Source: Octopus sinensis (taxonomy: Eukaryota). Taken from it: a DNA stretch of 64,000 nt. This document shows positions 27,702-41,643 of this stretch, in pieces. The stretch covers positions 55,428,001-55,492,000 of the forward strand of contig NC_042999.1 of the NCBI RefSeq assembly GCF_006345805.1. Reading direction: 5' to 3'. Under the pieces are notes generated by a model. That model ran no database searches. It saw nothing but the letters and a program-made list of their open reading frames with translations, and was not told the origin of the DNA. The position numbers were made by a program, and so were the translations under genes. The stretch's first letter is position 1. Every line of letters starts with the position of its first letter.

Positions 27702-28515
27702 ATTGGATACTGCAGTTTTTTAATTTTTATTTTCCAAAATTAAGATAAACAAAAGTTCTTTTTTAATCTAAAATATACTCTCCTTAATTTTCTACAATGC
27801 TCTTCCATCTATCTGGTAGACTTGCAAGGCCCCTCTTCCAAAATTCACTTGTCCATGTCGAAAAATACTCCACCAATACTGTTCTGACCTCGTCTATAGA
27901 ATTCGTATTTTTTTCGTCGAAATGATTTTGAAGACTGCAGAATAAATGATAATCAGATAGGGCAATGAACATGGTGGGTGGGGCATCGTTTCCCATTCAA
28001 ACTGTCCCAGCCTTTGGAATGCTATCCTCGCTGTATGTGGTTGAGCATTATCCTGATGGAAGAACACCATTTGTCTTGAAACCAAAGATGGTCGTTTTCC
28101 TTCTAGTGCAGGTGTCAATGAATAGTTGAACGACCAAATCCAAGCTTCTCTGCTAGTTCCTCAACAGTTATGATGGAATTTTCTTCCACCAGGGTTTGCA
28201 GGACGTCTTCGTCGAGCTCTACAGATCCTCCAGGACGAGGCTCGTCTTCTAGGCTGTAGTTTCCGGCTCGGTATTTCTGGAACCCCGATCCCCATATGCT
28301 GCATTAATATTCCTCACACTTTCCTTTGCGTTGTTGCTAAAGCAAAATATGCCGAAACTGTTAAAATCGAACTGCACTCTTCAAAACATGCACTAAGATT
28401 AAGGACAAGATAAAATTACTACCTGTTTTTATAGCAAGTTCATGCAGGTAGTTTATCCTGTCCCCCTCCAACTTTTGGTTCATGTAATTAAAAAACCGCA
28501 TTATTTATGGGGATA
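27702..28515 (-). mobile_element. Internally deleted mariner (Tc1/mariner) relic
   Basis: FFHQDNAQPHTA, HPP.S..A.SDYHLF.SLQN, FWKRGLASLPDRW and N-terminal LEDEPRPG motifs; TA-rich flanks. Confidence 0.85.
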
Positions 28516-28564
28516 TGTATATGCGTGTGTGCGTATGTGTGTGTGTGTGTGTGCGTGTGTGTGC

Positions 28565-28602
<38 letters not shown>

Positions 28603-28811
28603 GGCTGTTACACTCACGATCGCAAGATTATGGATTCGATTCCCAGACCGGGGAGTGCATTGTGGTTTGAGCAAAACACTTTATTTCACGTTACTCCAGT
28701 CCCCTTTTTGGTCAGAGGGAGGAATGTTGGCCTGATCACCTCGCCAGCGGGGTAGCGTCATTCAATGGGTAAAACGATGCAAAGCGCATTGTAACAAGCG
28801 ATGTGTAACAA

Positions 28812-28897
<86 letters not shown>

Positions 28898-29277
28898 ATG
28901 TATGCATGTATGCATGTATGTATGTATGCGTCACTAAGGTAACCAAGGCCACTAATCGGCACCAGTATTACTAGAAATAAGAGTCAACACACCTCAATAG
29001 CCAGAGAAGCGCTATCTTAATGACTGATAAAGGAGGCAAGCTCCCTACTATCGCAGATAGAGCCAGATCATCGATGATTTCACATTTTGATGCTTAATGC
29101 ATCTTAATGCTCATCGGTGATACCCGCTGTGCCTAGGGTTCAACTCAGCTCACCTTGTCAGCTTATAACATTCCAATTGGAATCTTACGCTGATTTCATA
29201 AATGGTAAAATATGGGTGGCTAATTCCCAACTTTACAACCTAAAAATACATACACATGTATATATATGGGTGTGTGT

Positions 29278-29602
29278 CTGCGTGGCACCTTGGGCAAGTG
29301 TCTTCTGCTATGGCCTCGGGCCGACCAAAGCCTTGTGAGGGGATTTGGGAGACGGAAACTAAAAGAAGCCCGTCGTATATATGTATGCGTGTGTATAAGT
29401 TTGTGTGTCTGTGTTTGTCTCCCCAACATCGCTTGGCAACCAATGCTGGTGTGTTTACGTCCCCGTAACTTAGCGGTTCGGCAAAACAGACCGATAGAAT
29501 AAGTACTAGGCTTTCAAAGAATAAGCCCTGGGGTCGATTTGCTCGACTAAAGGCGGGGCTCCAGCATGGCCACAGTCAAATGACTGAAACAAGTAAAAGA
29601 GT
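29278..29602 (+). mobile_element. CORE-type SINE family B (5'-truncated)
   Basis: Matches 10120-10460; further partials at ~26310-26460, 30140-30305, 42060-42250(-), 43272-43560, 44310-44480, 45385-45480. Confidence 0.85.
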
Positions 29603-30516
29603 ATATATATATATATATATACATATTCTTAAACTCCATTCTGTCAACACCTCAAATGTAAAATTCTTCCCTGAAAACGGAAGCCGGTGTAATCCGATAA
29701 TAGAATCAAGTTACAATCATTATTTTGGAGCACCAAGCCCCCAGAAACAGCTGTTGGATTCGTAAAACTCATATTCAACTCCTTTAATTCCTGATATCAT
29801 TTCTATTCTGCGTAAGTCGGACTTGTTTTTATATGTGTTGAATTTTTGTATTAAATGTATTTAATATTTTTTGTATATAGTCTGGCCTAACTTGTTTGTC
29901 CTTACATTTACTCCTGTATGTATGTATGTATGTATGTATGTATGTATGTATGTATGTATGTATGTATGTATGTATGTATGTATGTATGTATGCGTGCATG
30001 TATGTATGTATGCATGCATGCATGTATGTATGTATGTATGTATGTATGTATGTATGTATGTATGTATGTATGTATGTATGTATGTATGTACGTACGTATG
30101 TATGTATGTGTCCTTGTGTCTTTGTGTCTGTGTGTGTGGCCCACCATCGCTTTGTTTACGTCCTCATAACCTAGCCGCTCGGCAAAAGAGACCGATAGAA
30201 TAAATACCAGGGTTACAAAAATACTAGGACGATTTGTTCAATTAAAAACCTCTTCAAGGTGGTGCCCCAGCATGGCCGCAGTCTAATGACTGAAGCAAGT
30301 AATGGATAGAAGATGAAACATGCTTTACATACAATGTGCTTTTTATATTATTTCCACTTCCCCCTCTTTCTCACCCTCATTTTGCTACATAACACCTTCC
30401 CCCTCACACACACACACTCACACACGCATTGTAAACTGTCGTTGTGATGTTTCCTCATCCGATGCCTCTGTGGCAAATAAGATAAACTAATTATTGTCAT
30501 TATCATTATCAGCATA

Positions 30517-30968
30517 ATTGTGCACAAGAAAATATTTCGGGACAACGCTAATAAAAATGGTTAATGAAATAGCCCCGTTCGTTCTGCCATTAAACCCCAC
30601 CCCCTCCGCCCCAGCGCCATTGCCAAAATATAGACGCCATTCAACAGTCAATGAACTATGAAAGAGAAACTAACGAATTAACGGAATCTAATTAGCGTGA
30701 CGTCAACAGATTTTTCGGTATGGTGGGTGGTGGTGGTGGTGGTGGTGGTAGGAGGTGATAGACAGAGTGGGGGTGGTAGTAATGATGGTGATGTGGAAGT
30801 GACGAAGATGGTGCTGGTTGTAGCGTTGTTGTTGGTGTTGGTGGTGTTGGTGGTGGTGGTGGTGGTGGTGTGATGGTGGTGGTGGGGGGGTAGCGATACC
30901 ACGAGGCCAGAGGTTGTGGTAGTGGCGATGACTGGCGGTGGTGATGGTGTGTTTTGTTGAAGGAATTG
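30517..30968 (-). repeat. Second copy of old inverted duplication (partner 25586-25973)
   Basis: See partner; unique blocks align while the intervening CAC/GGT tracts differ. Confidence 0.85.
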
Positions 30969-31427
30969 GCTTACAGCGTTGACGACAAAGAAGAAGAAAA
31001 GAAAAAGAAAGAAAGAAAGAAAGAAGAAGAAGAAGAAGAAGAAGAAGAAGAAGAAGAAGAAGAAGAAGAAGAAGAAGAAGAAGAAGAAGAAGAAGAAGAT
31101 ACTTCCTCCAAGACACTGCGAAGCTGTCTCGAACGCGAAACATCATGGTTGTAAAGGGAACTTTATTACACAGCTCTGATCATGTGTGAATGTGTATGTG
31201 TTCGCGCGCGCGTGTGTGTAAAGGCGCGTGGCTTAGTGGTTAGGGAATTCTGGTTACAATCCTATGGTCGGGAGTTCGATTCCCGCTGTTGCGTTGTACT
31301 CTCGAGGTACGCACTTTATTTCACGTTGCTACACTACACTCTGCTGGTAGAATTGAGTTGTATATGTAATTCAAAGGGTGTTACACCACCACCAGTGGCC
31401 AAGTTGTCACTCATCTGTAACACACCA

Positions 31428-31786
<359 letters not shown>

Positions 31787-31914
31787 GCTAAAAGGAACAG
31801 TGAAAATCCAAACCACGGTTAAGAGTAATTTCGAAGGGGATGAATAATAAACCATTTTCAATAGTTACCACTTGTACCTAGGTTTCCCATAATTATACGT
31901 TAATTATTAGCGTC

Positions 31915-31983
31915 CTTGCTGACGAAGAACACGGATAACAAATTATTTTATTTGTTTATTAATGTTCGAAACCTAGGTACTAG
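31915..31983 (+). ncRNA. Type I hammerhead motif with long stem II and palindromic stem III
   Basis: CTTG-CTGACGA-A-GAACA...TGTTC-GAAA-CCTAGG-TA-CTAG; the inverted partial copy at 31871-31886 retains CAAG, completing stem I. Confidence 0.7.
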
Positions 31984-32189
31984 TGGTAACAGCATGTTTT
32001 TATTTTTCCTCCCCTTCGAAATTACTCTTAACCGAGGTTTGGTCTTTGATCGTTACTTTTAGCATGTCAGATGTCCTGTTTAGGGTCACCTCTTTTGTGT
32101 ATAAATGTACACTAATTTTATATTAAAAATATGTTATTGACATCTCGATGCATGCTGGCCACTGGTAGAAACATTACTCTAATTTTACA

Positions 32190-32268
<79 letters not shown>

Positions 32269-32461
32269 GTGTGCGTGTGTGGTGTTGTCTTTGTGTGTGT
32301 GTGTATAATTGAAGAAAATGGAGCCAAGGAGTACGGTTGGGCAGCTATGTTTTAATCACTACAATTGTTGAATCCAATTTCTTCAATTTTATATTCACAC
32401 ACGACAAATACTCAGGCACAAACACACACACACACACACACACACCACACACACACACACA

Positions 32462-32492
<31 letters not shown>

Positions 32493-33009
32493 AGTATAAT
32501 ATCGATATTTAAAATACCGATCTTATCAGGTGGCCAGCATGGGAATAAAAACCTTTCAAATGTAATAATTATTTAAAATTATAATTTTTTGTCTTCTCTC
32601 CTGGTGCTATATAAAGGTTCTGACTGCTATTTCCAGCGTGGTGGTATCTCTTAGATATTCTAAATTATAATTTTATGTATATAAACATAATATCAAAACT
32701 GGCAGACAATCGGTTACAACGGCCAGGGTTGAAGCTGATCCGGTCAACACAACAGCCTGCTCGTGAATTTAACGTGCAAGTGGTTGAGCACACCACAGAC
32801 AAGCGTATCCTTAACGTAGTTCTCAAGGATTTTCAACGTGACAGAGAATGGATTAATGGAATAATGGAACGAGGGATTAATATACATCAACAAGTACTCC
32901 AACTACCCAATCTCGATCACAAAAGGCATAGTGACTAATATAAGCAAAAGAATATTGAATCTATCTTCTGAAAGAGAAATATTTTTAACAAATTGAGCTC
33001 TTTATAACA

Positions 33010-33256
33010 GAGCAAGACACTTTATTTCACGTTGCTCCAGTTCACTCAGCTGTAGAAATGAGTTGCGACGTCACAGGTGCCAAGCTGTATCGGCCTTTGC
33101 CTTTCCCTTGGACAACATCGGTGGCGTGGAGAGGGGAGGCCGGTATGCATGGGTGACTGCTGGTCTTCCATAAAACAACCTTACCCAGACTTGTGCCTCA
33201 GAGGGTAACTCTCTAGGTGCAAACCCATGGTCACTCATGACCGAAGGGGGTCTTTT
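33010..33256 (+). mobile_element. 5'-truncated SINE with RTE-like 3' tail
   Basis: GAGCAAGACACTTTATTTCACGTTGCTCCAG core shared with family C copies; ends CCCATGGTCACTCATGACCGAAGGGG. Confidence 0.55.
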
Positions 33257-33836
33257 ACCGTTAAAGAGTGACTTCAATTAAAAACTGAAGTCAATGGAAC
33301 AGCATGCACAAAAAGTGCTAAAATGAGAAAAAGAAATCTGGTATAATCCTACATTAAAAGAAACATATTGTCGTCGGTAAACAAATATTTCATCAAAACA
33401 GAGGTAACCCTAGATTTTCCAGAAATAATTGCGCGGAGGCCAATTACAGTTGTTAAGATAACATAGACTCCTAAATCTTCCACCACATTTTTTTAAAAAC
33501 CCATCACCTGGTCAACAATATGAAAAAAAACAAAACTGCAGAAGCACATCAAGAAATTTGCTTTAATGAAAATGTCCATTTATGGAACTTTCTATTTGCT
33601 TTTTGAAACATATTTCTATTATATATATATATATATATATATATACATACATACATACATACAAATAAAGGTTACAAACCTCATTCAGGGATAGCAAAAT
33701 CCTATAAAATTACTGGTTAGTTACCTATACAAAGAATGTTGAACATTACAGATTAATACTCAACTGCAAGGCAACAATATAAACCGTGGTTTTATATATT
33801 TATTTATTGAAGATAAGAAAATAGATGTAATTAATA

Positions 33837-33892
33837 AATTGTTATTTATTAATTGAATTTTTGATTTATTAATTACCCCCCTATTTTCTCAT

Positions 33893-33927
<35 letters not shown>

Positions 33928-33957
33928 TATATATATTTATTAATTAATTTTTGATTA

Positions 33958-33999
<42 letters not shown>

Positions 34000-34051
34000 A
34001 TGAGAAAATAGGGGGGTAATTAATAAATCAAAATTCAATTAATAAATAACA

Positions 34052-34054
<3 letters not shown>
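33837..34054. repeat. ~59 bp inverted repeats enclosing (TA)n
   Basis: 33837-33895 versus 33997-34054, one indel. Confidence 0.85.
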
Positions 34055-34111
<57 letters not shown>

Positions 34112-34229
34112 CACATATAAATATACATATATATTAGTTGGAATTTACAAACAACATACAAAAAAGACGGAGACGGGTGAGTAAACAACAAACAGGTGTA
34201 TTAATTTAACGCTCGGGAAGTGAGAAAGT

Positions 34230-34265
34230 CTTTTACGTTTCGAGCCTACGCTCTTCAACAGAAAG
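34230..34265 (-). ncRNA. Minimal hammerhead-like motif, U6 core variant
   Basis: CTTT-CTGTTGA-A-GAGC-GTAG-GCTC-GAAA-CG-TA-AAAG within a TA-flanked repeat at ~34135-34335. Confidence 0.6.
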
Positions 34266-34419
34266 GAAGAAAGGAACAGAAGAAATAAACCAGCGAGAGA
34301 AAATAAACAAAAAGGATTAGTGGCTAGCGATAAATCATATGTATTTATCATATATATATATATATATATAGTATAAATATGTTACGAAAAGAAAATATAA
34401 AATTCACGTGGAAATGTAA

Positions 34420-34841
34420 GGGTAAAATATGAAAAATCAACGAAAATGCATATTGCAAATAGAAAAAGGCTATTTATGACAGGTAGTGACAAATATATAC
34501 ATTTAGATTGACTGAGGTAGTAATACGAGTCATAAAGGTCATTATTATGAGATGATTATACGATGATGAAAAAGTAAGAGAACAAAACGACCCAATGATT
34601 TACGCGAAGGCTATTCATCGTTTGGAACCATCGTTTGGAACGATGAATAGCCTTCGCTTAAACCACTGGTTCATTTTGTTCTCTTACTTTATTATCATCG
34701 TATAATCATCTCATAATAATGACCTTTATGACTCGTATTACTACCTCAGTCAATCTAAATGTATATATTTGTCACTACCTGTCATAAATAGCCTTTTTCT
34801 ATTTGCAATATGCATTTTCGTTGATTTTTCATATTTTGCCC
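34420..34841. repeat. ~420 bp palindrome (about 200 bp arms, 16 nt spacer)
   Basis: Outer ~144 bp read as perfect reverse complements; inner ~55 bp have about 7 mismatches. Confidence 0.92.
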
Positions 34842-35049
34842 CTATATATATATATATATCATACACCTTGATATTGCGTGGATTGAAATATCTATTCAGT
34901 TCACTGATATCTTCTCGCAGCGAGTTTAAGTCTACAAATTTGGTTTTATACTTAGTACAGGTATAGAATTTAAAGAAGGTGCGACATCCAAATCCCGCTG
35001 CATTGTAATTTACTTTCGCTTTCGAAATTACACGCGTAAGGCAGAAAAA

Positions 35050-35250
35050 ATGGCGGAAACGTTGGTACGACGGAGAAAAAGCTTAGCTGCATTTCGCCCG
35101 TCTTCACGTTCTGAGTTTCAACGGAAATTCACTTTGCCTTCTACCCTTTCGGGGGTCGATAAAATAAAGTACCAGTTGAAGACTTGGGTCGATGTAATCG
35201 ACTTACCCTTTCACTCGAAATTGCTGGCCTCGTACCAAAATTTGAAACCA
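35050..35250 (+). mobile_element. tRNA-derived SINE, family A
   Basis: Core CCTTTCGGGGGTCGATAAAATAAAGTACCAG..GGGTCGATGTAATCGACT. Confidence 0.7.
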
Positions 35251-35474
35251 ATATTACTTACTCACAAACACCCGCATACACACACACACACACACATGCG
35301 TGTGTGTCTGTCTGCGCGTGTGTGTGTGCGTGTGCGTAAAGAAACCAAAACAATTCGTGGCAAGGTTTATTTATTCGATCGGAGCTGACAGTGTCTCCAT
35401 TACCACTACGATGAGGTTACAGAACAAAATCTTCTGGCGACAGAATGAATATATATATATAATATATATATATA

Positions 35475-35556
<82 letters not shown>

Positions 35557-35558
35557 TC

Positions 35559-35593
<35 letters not shown>

Positions 35594-35664
35594 TATATAG
35601 ATATATCATATATATATATATTATATATATGATATTTATATTTAGGCATATACATATATATATA

Positions 35665-35699
<35 letters not shown>

Positions 35700-35880
35700 A
35701 TATGTATATATATATTCCTTTTTTTTGCTTGTCTTGTTCCTTGGTTTGTGTCTATGTTTTTCGTCTCTCTATGTGTTCGACGTCTTTTTGGTGTCCTGTA
35801 CACATATATGCGTGTATATGTACATGTAGAGGTAGGTACGTACATATGTTTTATATATATGCATATGTTCTATTTTATTA

Positions 35881-35913
<33 letters not shown>

Positions 35914-36039
35914 TTATGTATTATATATATATATATACATGTAGTGTGCGCTCACGCGATGTGTATGTGTGTTTGCATGTATATCTATATAATACATTTG
36001 TGTAATTATGTATATGTGTTTATGTATATCTGTATATAT

Positions 36040-36078
<39 letters not shown>

Positions 36079-36456
36079 TGTGTGTGTGTGTGTCTGTGTG
36101 TGTGTGTGTGTGTGTATAGATAGTTGTCTGCGAGTGTATATCAGTCTGTCTGTTACGAATCTAACAGTCTGTAACAGTGTGTATGTGTTCTGCAGTATGT
36201 GTATATGGGATATCAGACTGGTTTGTCTCTGTGAAAGTCTGTCTTTGCGTCTTTGCGTGTGTCTGATTGAAGAGACAAGTACGCTTGAGTTTACTTTTCT
36301 TTGTTCCACTGTGATAAATCCATGCTGGCATGGACGTTTTTAGGTCGTCACGGTTCTAACAATGGCCGACCTTGTAACAGCGACATTTTTACTTTTTTTA
36401 AGTGGGAAGTAGTGGAAAACGCTTTTCGTTTTTGACGTCTTTCAGCTTTCATTCCC

Positions 36457-36525
<69 letters not shown>

Positions 36526-36679
36526 ACTCACTCTCCCTCTCTCTATCTCTCATTCTCCCCCATTCTCTCTATATTCTTTTTCTTTATATCTCTATCTCTC
36601 TCCTTCAGTCGTTTTCTTTCTTATTCCTTCTTCCTTGTTATAGATGTGTTTGTTTATTTGTATGCGTGCGTGTGTGTGA

Positions 36680-36734
<55 letters not shown>

Positions 36735-36782
36735 AGAGAAAGAGAGAGAGACAGAGACAGAGACAGAGACAGAGAGACAGAC

Positions 36783-36903
<121 letters not shown>

Positions 36904-37167
36904 TAGATATTCACATGCATATTTGTATGTGTATATGCATTCGTATTCGATAAAGCGAGTGAGCGCATGCGCAGCTCGGAACTTTGATCGTTATAAACCA
37001 ATCATCTGTGCAAGTTATTCAGCTAAGAATTACAGAACTGTCTTTTTCGAACAGAGTGTAATTCGAGAAACTATCATAAATAATAATTCTTAACACCTCC
37101 CCATAGATTCGAACGCGAATGAATATCGTCATCTCTAGATGTTTTCCCTTTCGGAGAACCCCTTCTC

Positions 37168-37427
37168 CAGTGGTTCTTAACTGCGATCCATATGATCCTT
37201 GGTGGGGCGGGGGGGGTTCATATTAAATTTTACTTTTATAATTTATGTGCAATCGATCGGTCATACTTCTACAATACACAGAATATTTAAACAATTTTCT
37301 TCATACAATTCCTAATAATGTTTAATTATATGAGTATAGGATCATTTTAAACATTAAATGGGTGTAAGGGTCCAGTGACATAGGAATCAAATGGGATCCA
37401 TATGTATAAAATGGTTGGAATCCACTG
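37168..37427. mobile_element. Decayed hAT/Charlie-type MITE
   Basis: Ends CAGTGGTTCTTAAC and GTTGGAATCCACTG; TSD not preserved. Confidence 0.5.
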
Positions 37428-38495
37428 TTTTAGGCGATGTGTGTTCATGACACGCTCGATTCACTGATATAAGGAGATTTTGAAACATCGTGATGTTTCG
37501 ACTTTGTTGTGTCACTTCAGTGAAAGTTATCCAGGATCAATGGAACGAAACGTGAGCGATGGCTTTTGTTTATGAGATTCAGCAAACTATTTACTGTTGC
37601 GCGCTGATATCTCCCAACACGATAGTAAATTACTATGTACATGTTGAACAGGGAGAATTAAAACAATCATGGATATATTCTTTCTTAATCCGTTCCGGCA
37701 GATGGGACGTGGATGAGTATGTTAATCGTCTAAAAAAGAAGCAATCTTGCAGATTACTCCGTCTTTTAAGCAGTTTCCTGTTAACAGATATGACTTTGAA
37801 TCTGTGTCTATTTTCGGCTGTAGTGTGTGGGTGTAGCTATTGGTTTATTTATAGACAGAATGGAGTATTTTCGGGTTTTAGGACAGCTGTAGCAAACTTT
37901 TGTGTTGTTTCTATTGAGTAACTTGTGGTATTCATGGTGGGTTGAGACGTGTTTAGTGATTAGTTTTATTTTCCATCAATATTTATCACAAATTTGGCTT
38001 TCTGCCAAATTTAAAACCAATACGTATCACAAAGATGTGAACGACGAGGTGAAAGATGTGATGTTTATTTTCCTGTTTGTCTGTCTGTTTGTCACTTTGT
38101 ATGTTTTATGGTTTTTTTTTTAATTTCTCACCAATGTAGCAAAGGCCGGTTTCTAGAACATAAAATCTTTCACTGGAAATTAAGCATTAATGTGTATATG
38201 AACACGTTCGTATATATATTGAAATATGTTTGTATTTACGCATGTATGCTTATATCTTGACATACATATAAAATACATATACATACATCTACGATATACA
38301 CACGCACACACACGAACATACACATACACACTCGTGCACAGGCGTGCATATATATACTTACATAAATGTACTTGATAGTTGCAACTAGATTTCAAGCCAT
38401 GCCATCGCTCGATTGTTCTCTGAAACGAGAGCGGTACAGATGCAGCTTTCAGCCCGACACTCTTTTGCAGAGAGCCTACCACCCACGCTGCTTTC

Positions 38496-38526
<31 letters not shown>

Positions 38527-38536
38527 TATATAATAT

Positions 38537-39260
38537 ATGGTCTCCTCTACTGTCGATGACCTCATCTCGTCCTCCCGTCTCCCCCACACCACATCCAACC
38601 GCATTGTCCGAACCCCACGCACCCCCACCATTTACTCCCTCCCCCAAATCCACAAACCCAACAACCCTGGCCGCCCCATCGTCTCCGCCTGTAACTGCCC
38701 CACCGAGCTTATCTCAAAATACCTCGACCGTGTCCTTGGCCCCCTAGTGGCTTCTCTTCCTTCTCGCATCCATGCTCTTCGTCTTTTCAACTCTTTCTCC
38801 TTTCCTCTTGGCCCCTCCAAACATCTCTTTACAATAGACATCCAGAGCCTCTATACCGTGATCCCTCACCACGAAGGACTGCGTGCACTTAAACACTTCC
38901 TTGACCTAGGTCCCAACCCCGAACCCGACACCTCCACACTCGTTCGTCTGGCCGAACTTGTCCTTTCTCTCAACTGCTTCTCGTTCGCGGGCGAGTTCTA
39001 CCAACAGTCTCGGAGTGGCCATGGGAACGAGAATGGGCCCCAACTATGCGAACCTGTTCGTTGGCTATGTTGAGGCCCAAATATTCTCTAGGTTCACTAG
39101 ACCCACTCCCGAACTATACAGCCGTTATATTGACGACTGTATTGGTGCTACCTCACTCTAACGCGAACATCTAGACTCCTTCCTCTCTTTCGTCAACTCC
39201 TTCAATCCTGCCCTCCACTTCTCCGGCACTATCTCTGACACCTCTGTCTCCTTTCTTGAC
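38537..39260 (+). mobile_element. Penelope-like element reverse transcriptase fragment
   Basis: IYSLPQIHKPNNPGRPIVS, FTIDIQSLYTVIPH, GVAMGTRMGPNYANLF, RYIDDCI and SFLD motifs; frameshift and stop; 5' end abuts (TA)n. Confidence 0.92.
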
Positions 39261-39462
39261 GCCAAGCAAATTACTTTTTTTGCTAAAGAAATTTTGAAAC
39301 CTATGTCTGACGGATTAAAATAACAAGATAGAAGTTAATAATTTTCATTCCTTTTGAAGATTGCTCATAAATGTGTTTTTGGTCGTTTTGACTACTAGCG
39401 TGTAAAAAAACTGCCTGTGAAGGCAGTTTTCTCTTGTGTTAAATGTACACTATTTTATATAT

Positions 39463-39561
<99 letters not shown>

Positions 39562-39669
39562 CTATATATATATATATATAATATATATAACATATATTAT
39601 ATATATATACATATATATACATATTATATATACATATACATATACATATATACACATACACCACACACT

Positions 39670-39716
<47 letters not shown>

Positions 39717-40453
39717 CAGTCAACCACAGCAGTAGTTGAATAATATTCTTAAGGCCGCAATTTACTCATATGCAGCATCTTTCAGAGCTTGTCGCTAATT
39801 CAGTTCTTAACCAAATGGAAAACTGTTAACATTTTTGAAGAGGGCTGGTCCCTAGCTATATTTTTGCATAAAAAATTGAGATTTAGTCTTGTAGAAAAAA
39901 GTTTACATCAAAATTTGTAGCAATGTTATAGGAGAGTAAGTAACGCCAACAATCAAGTTTAGGTCTAAATAACTTTTTTTATTTTAAAAACAAAATATAT
40001 CCATCTTAGCTTCAATGATAGGAGAAAGCACGAAGAATTTAATAGTTTTGGTCCCATGCAACAAAAATTTGTATAAAAAAAGTCGAAGGTAAATATCATG
40101 AAAAAATTGGATTTAAGTATAATGAACTTTTTATTTTAAAAACAAACTATATCTTAATTAAACTTAAATGATTCAGCTCAATTCAAGTAATTTCATGGTA
40201 TCAGTCTCATGCAATGAAGTTTTAAAAGAAAAAAGTTATGAGTATTTGTTTCTCAAATTTGAGGGTGATAATACAGTTCTATACTTTTTTATGAATATAG
40301 TTCTATAAGGGGACTTTTAATATATGTCACCGGCTTTATTGAGGTAAAGAAAAAAATTATCGACGACACAGCTAATTGACACATTTGACACATTATTAAT
40401 TAGCATAATGGAATAGCCTGGAAAAAACATGGATTAAATGGAAAAATGAAAGC

Positions 40454-41248
40454 AAGAGAAGTAATATTCTTAAGATTGTTATTATACTTGGAAAAGTTCA
40501 GGACAAGTTATTACATCTGGTGAGAACAAGAAAATTTTTACTTAAAATATTGCGGCTAAAGATAAAATTTGGATATTAAAAATTATTTGATTTTAATTTA
40601 CAGAGTAACATTATAATTTAAAAACACTTAAACAATTATAATTTAATAACACTTAAAAAACGAGAGCCAGAAGTGCCAATATAGCTAACGTTTTATGCAA
40701 AGCAGAATAGTATATGTGGTAGGCAAATTCATTATGTGAAAAATAAGTATTGGGTCAAGACTAAAAACGTGAAGACTTGGCAATAACTTAGGCAATAACT
40801 CGAGCAAATCTTACTGTGAATTTGTCGTTATAGGTAGATTTTACTGTAATATATAACTACATTTTGTATTATTCTACTTATTGTACTAACTAATTATGTA
40901 CTACTATTGTTTTTTATAACCAATTTTCAAATTTCTAATTATTAATTTATAATTGAAAAAATGAATTTTTTCAAGGTACAAAAACATTTTGAGTTATTCT
41001 ATATTTTTAATGGAAGTAACAAGTAATAACAAACAGAAGTAATAATTTGTAATAAAAGTTTTTGTTTTAATGAAAGCTATTTTCTAAATCTAAATATTTT
41101 ATTTGAAATTTTATCCTTAGCTGCAATATTTTAAGTAAAAAATTTTCTTGTTCTGTACTTTACCAGATGTAATAACTAATCCTGAACTTTTCCAAATGTA
41201 ATAACTTGTCCTGTACTTTTCTAGAATATTACGAATATTACTTCTCTT
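40454..41248. repeat. Imperfect ~115-140 bp inverted arms with ~535 bp AT-rich spacer
   Basis: 40454-40570 aligns to the reverse complement of 41106-41248. Confidence 0.75.
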
Positions 41249-41361
41249 ACTCGAATTTTCCCACAGATATAACATCCTTACGTATCTCACGTCTGTTCTC
41301 ATTCCTCCACTTCACTCTGTATTTCATATCTTCTCTATAATAACCATTACTTTCTCGCACT

Positions 41362-41409
41362 GTCTCTGATGAAGGGATATATAAAATACCCCGGAAACAG
41401 CTGTAAGAC
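41362..41409 (+). ncRNA. Minimal type I hammerhead ribozyme motif
   Basis: GTCT-CTGATGA-AGGGATAT..ATACCCCG-GAAA-CAGCTG-TA-AGAC; palindromic stem III, GUA cleavage triplet, imperfect stem II. Confidence 0.78.
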
Positions 41410-41557
41410 CTTTTTATAAATGTTTTGAAAACTTTCACAGCCTTGGATTTTTTTTTTATCTCATCCTGTTAATTTGTACATATGTATGTGACCGCGTGTG
41501 TGTCGTTGGTGAATTTTTTTCTCCGTCTTCCCTTCCTTGGATCTTTCTTTTTTTTAT

Positions 41558-41592
41558 GTTTCTGACGAAGATCTCCTCTTGAAACATTAAAC
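41558..41592 (+). ncRNA. Decayed minimal hammerhead motif
   Basis: GTTT-CTGACGA-A-GATC-TCC-TCTT-GAAA-CA-TT-AAAC in a repeat (~41485-41606) shared with 42380-42584 and 57805-58008. Confidence 0.5.
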
Positions 41593-41603
41593 CCTCCTTC
41601 TTT

Positions 41604-41643
<40 letters not shown>

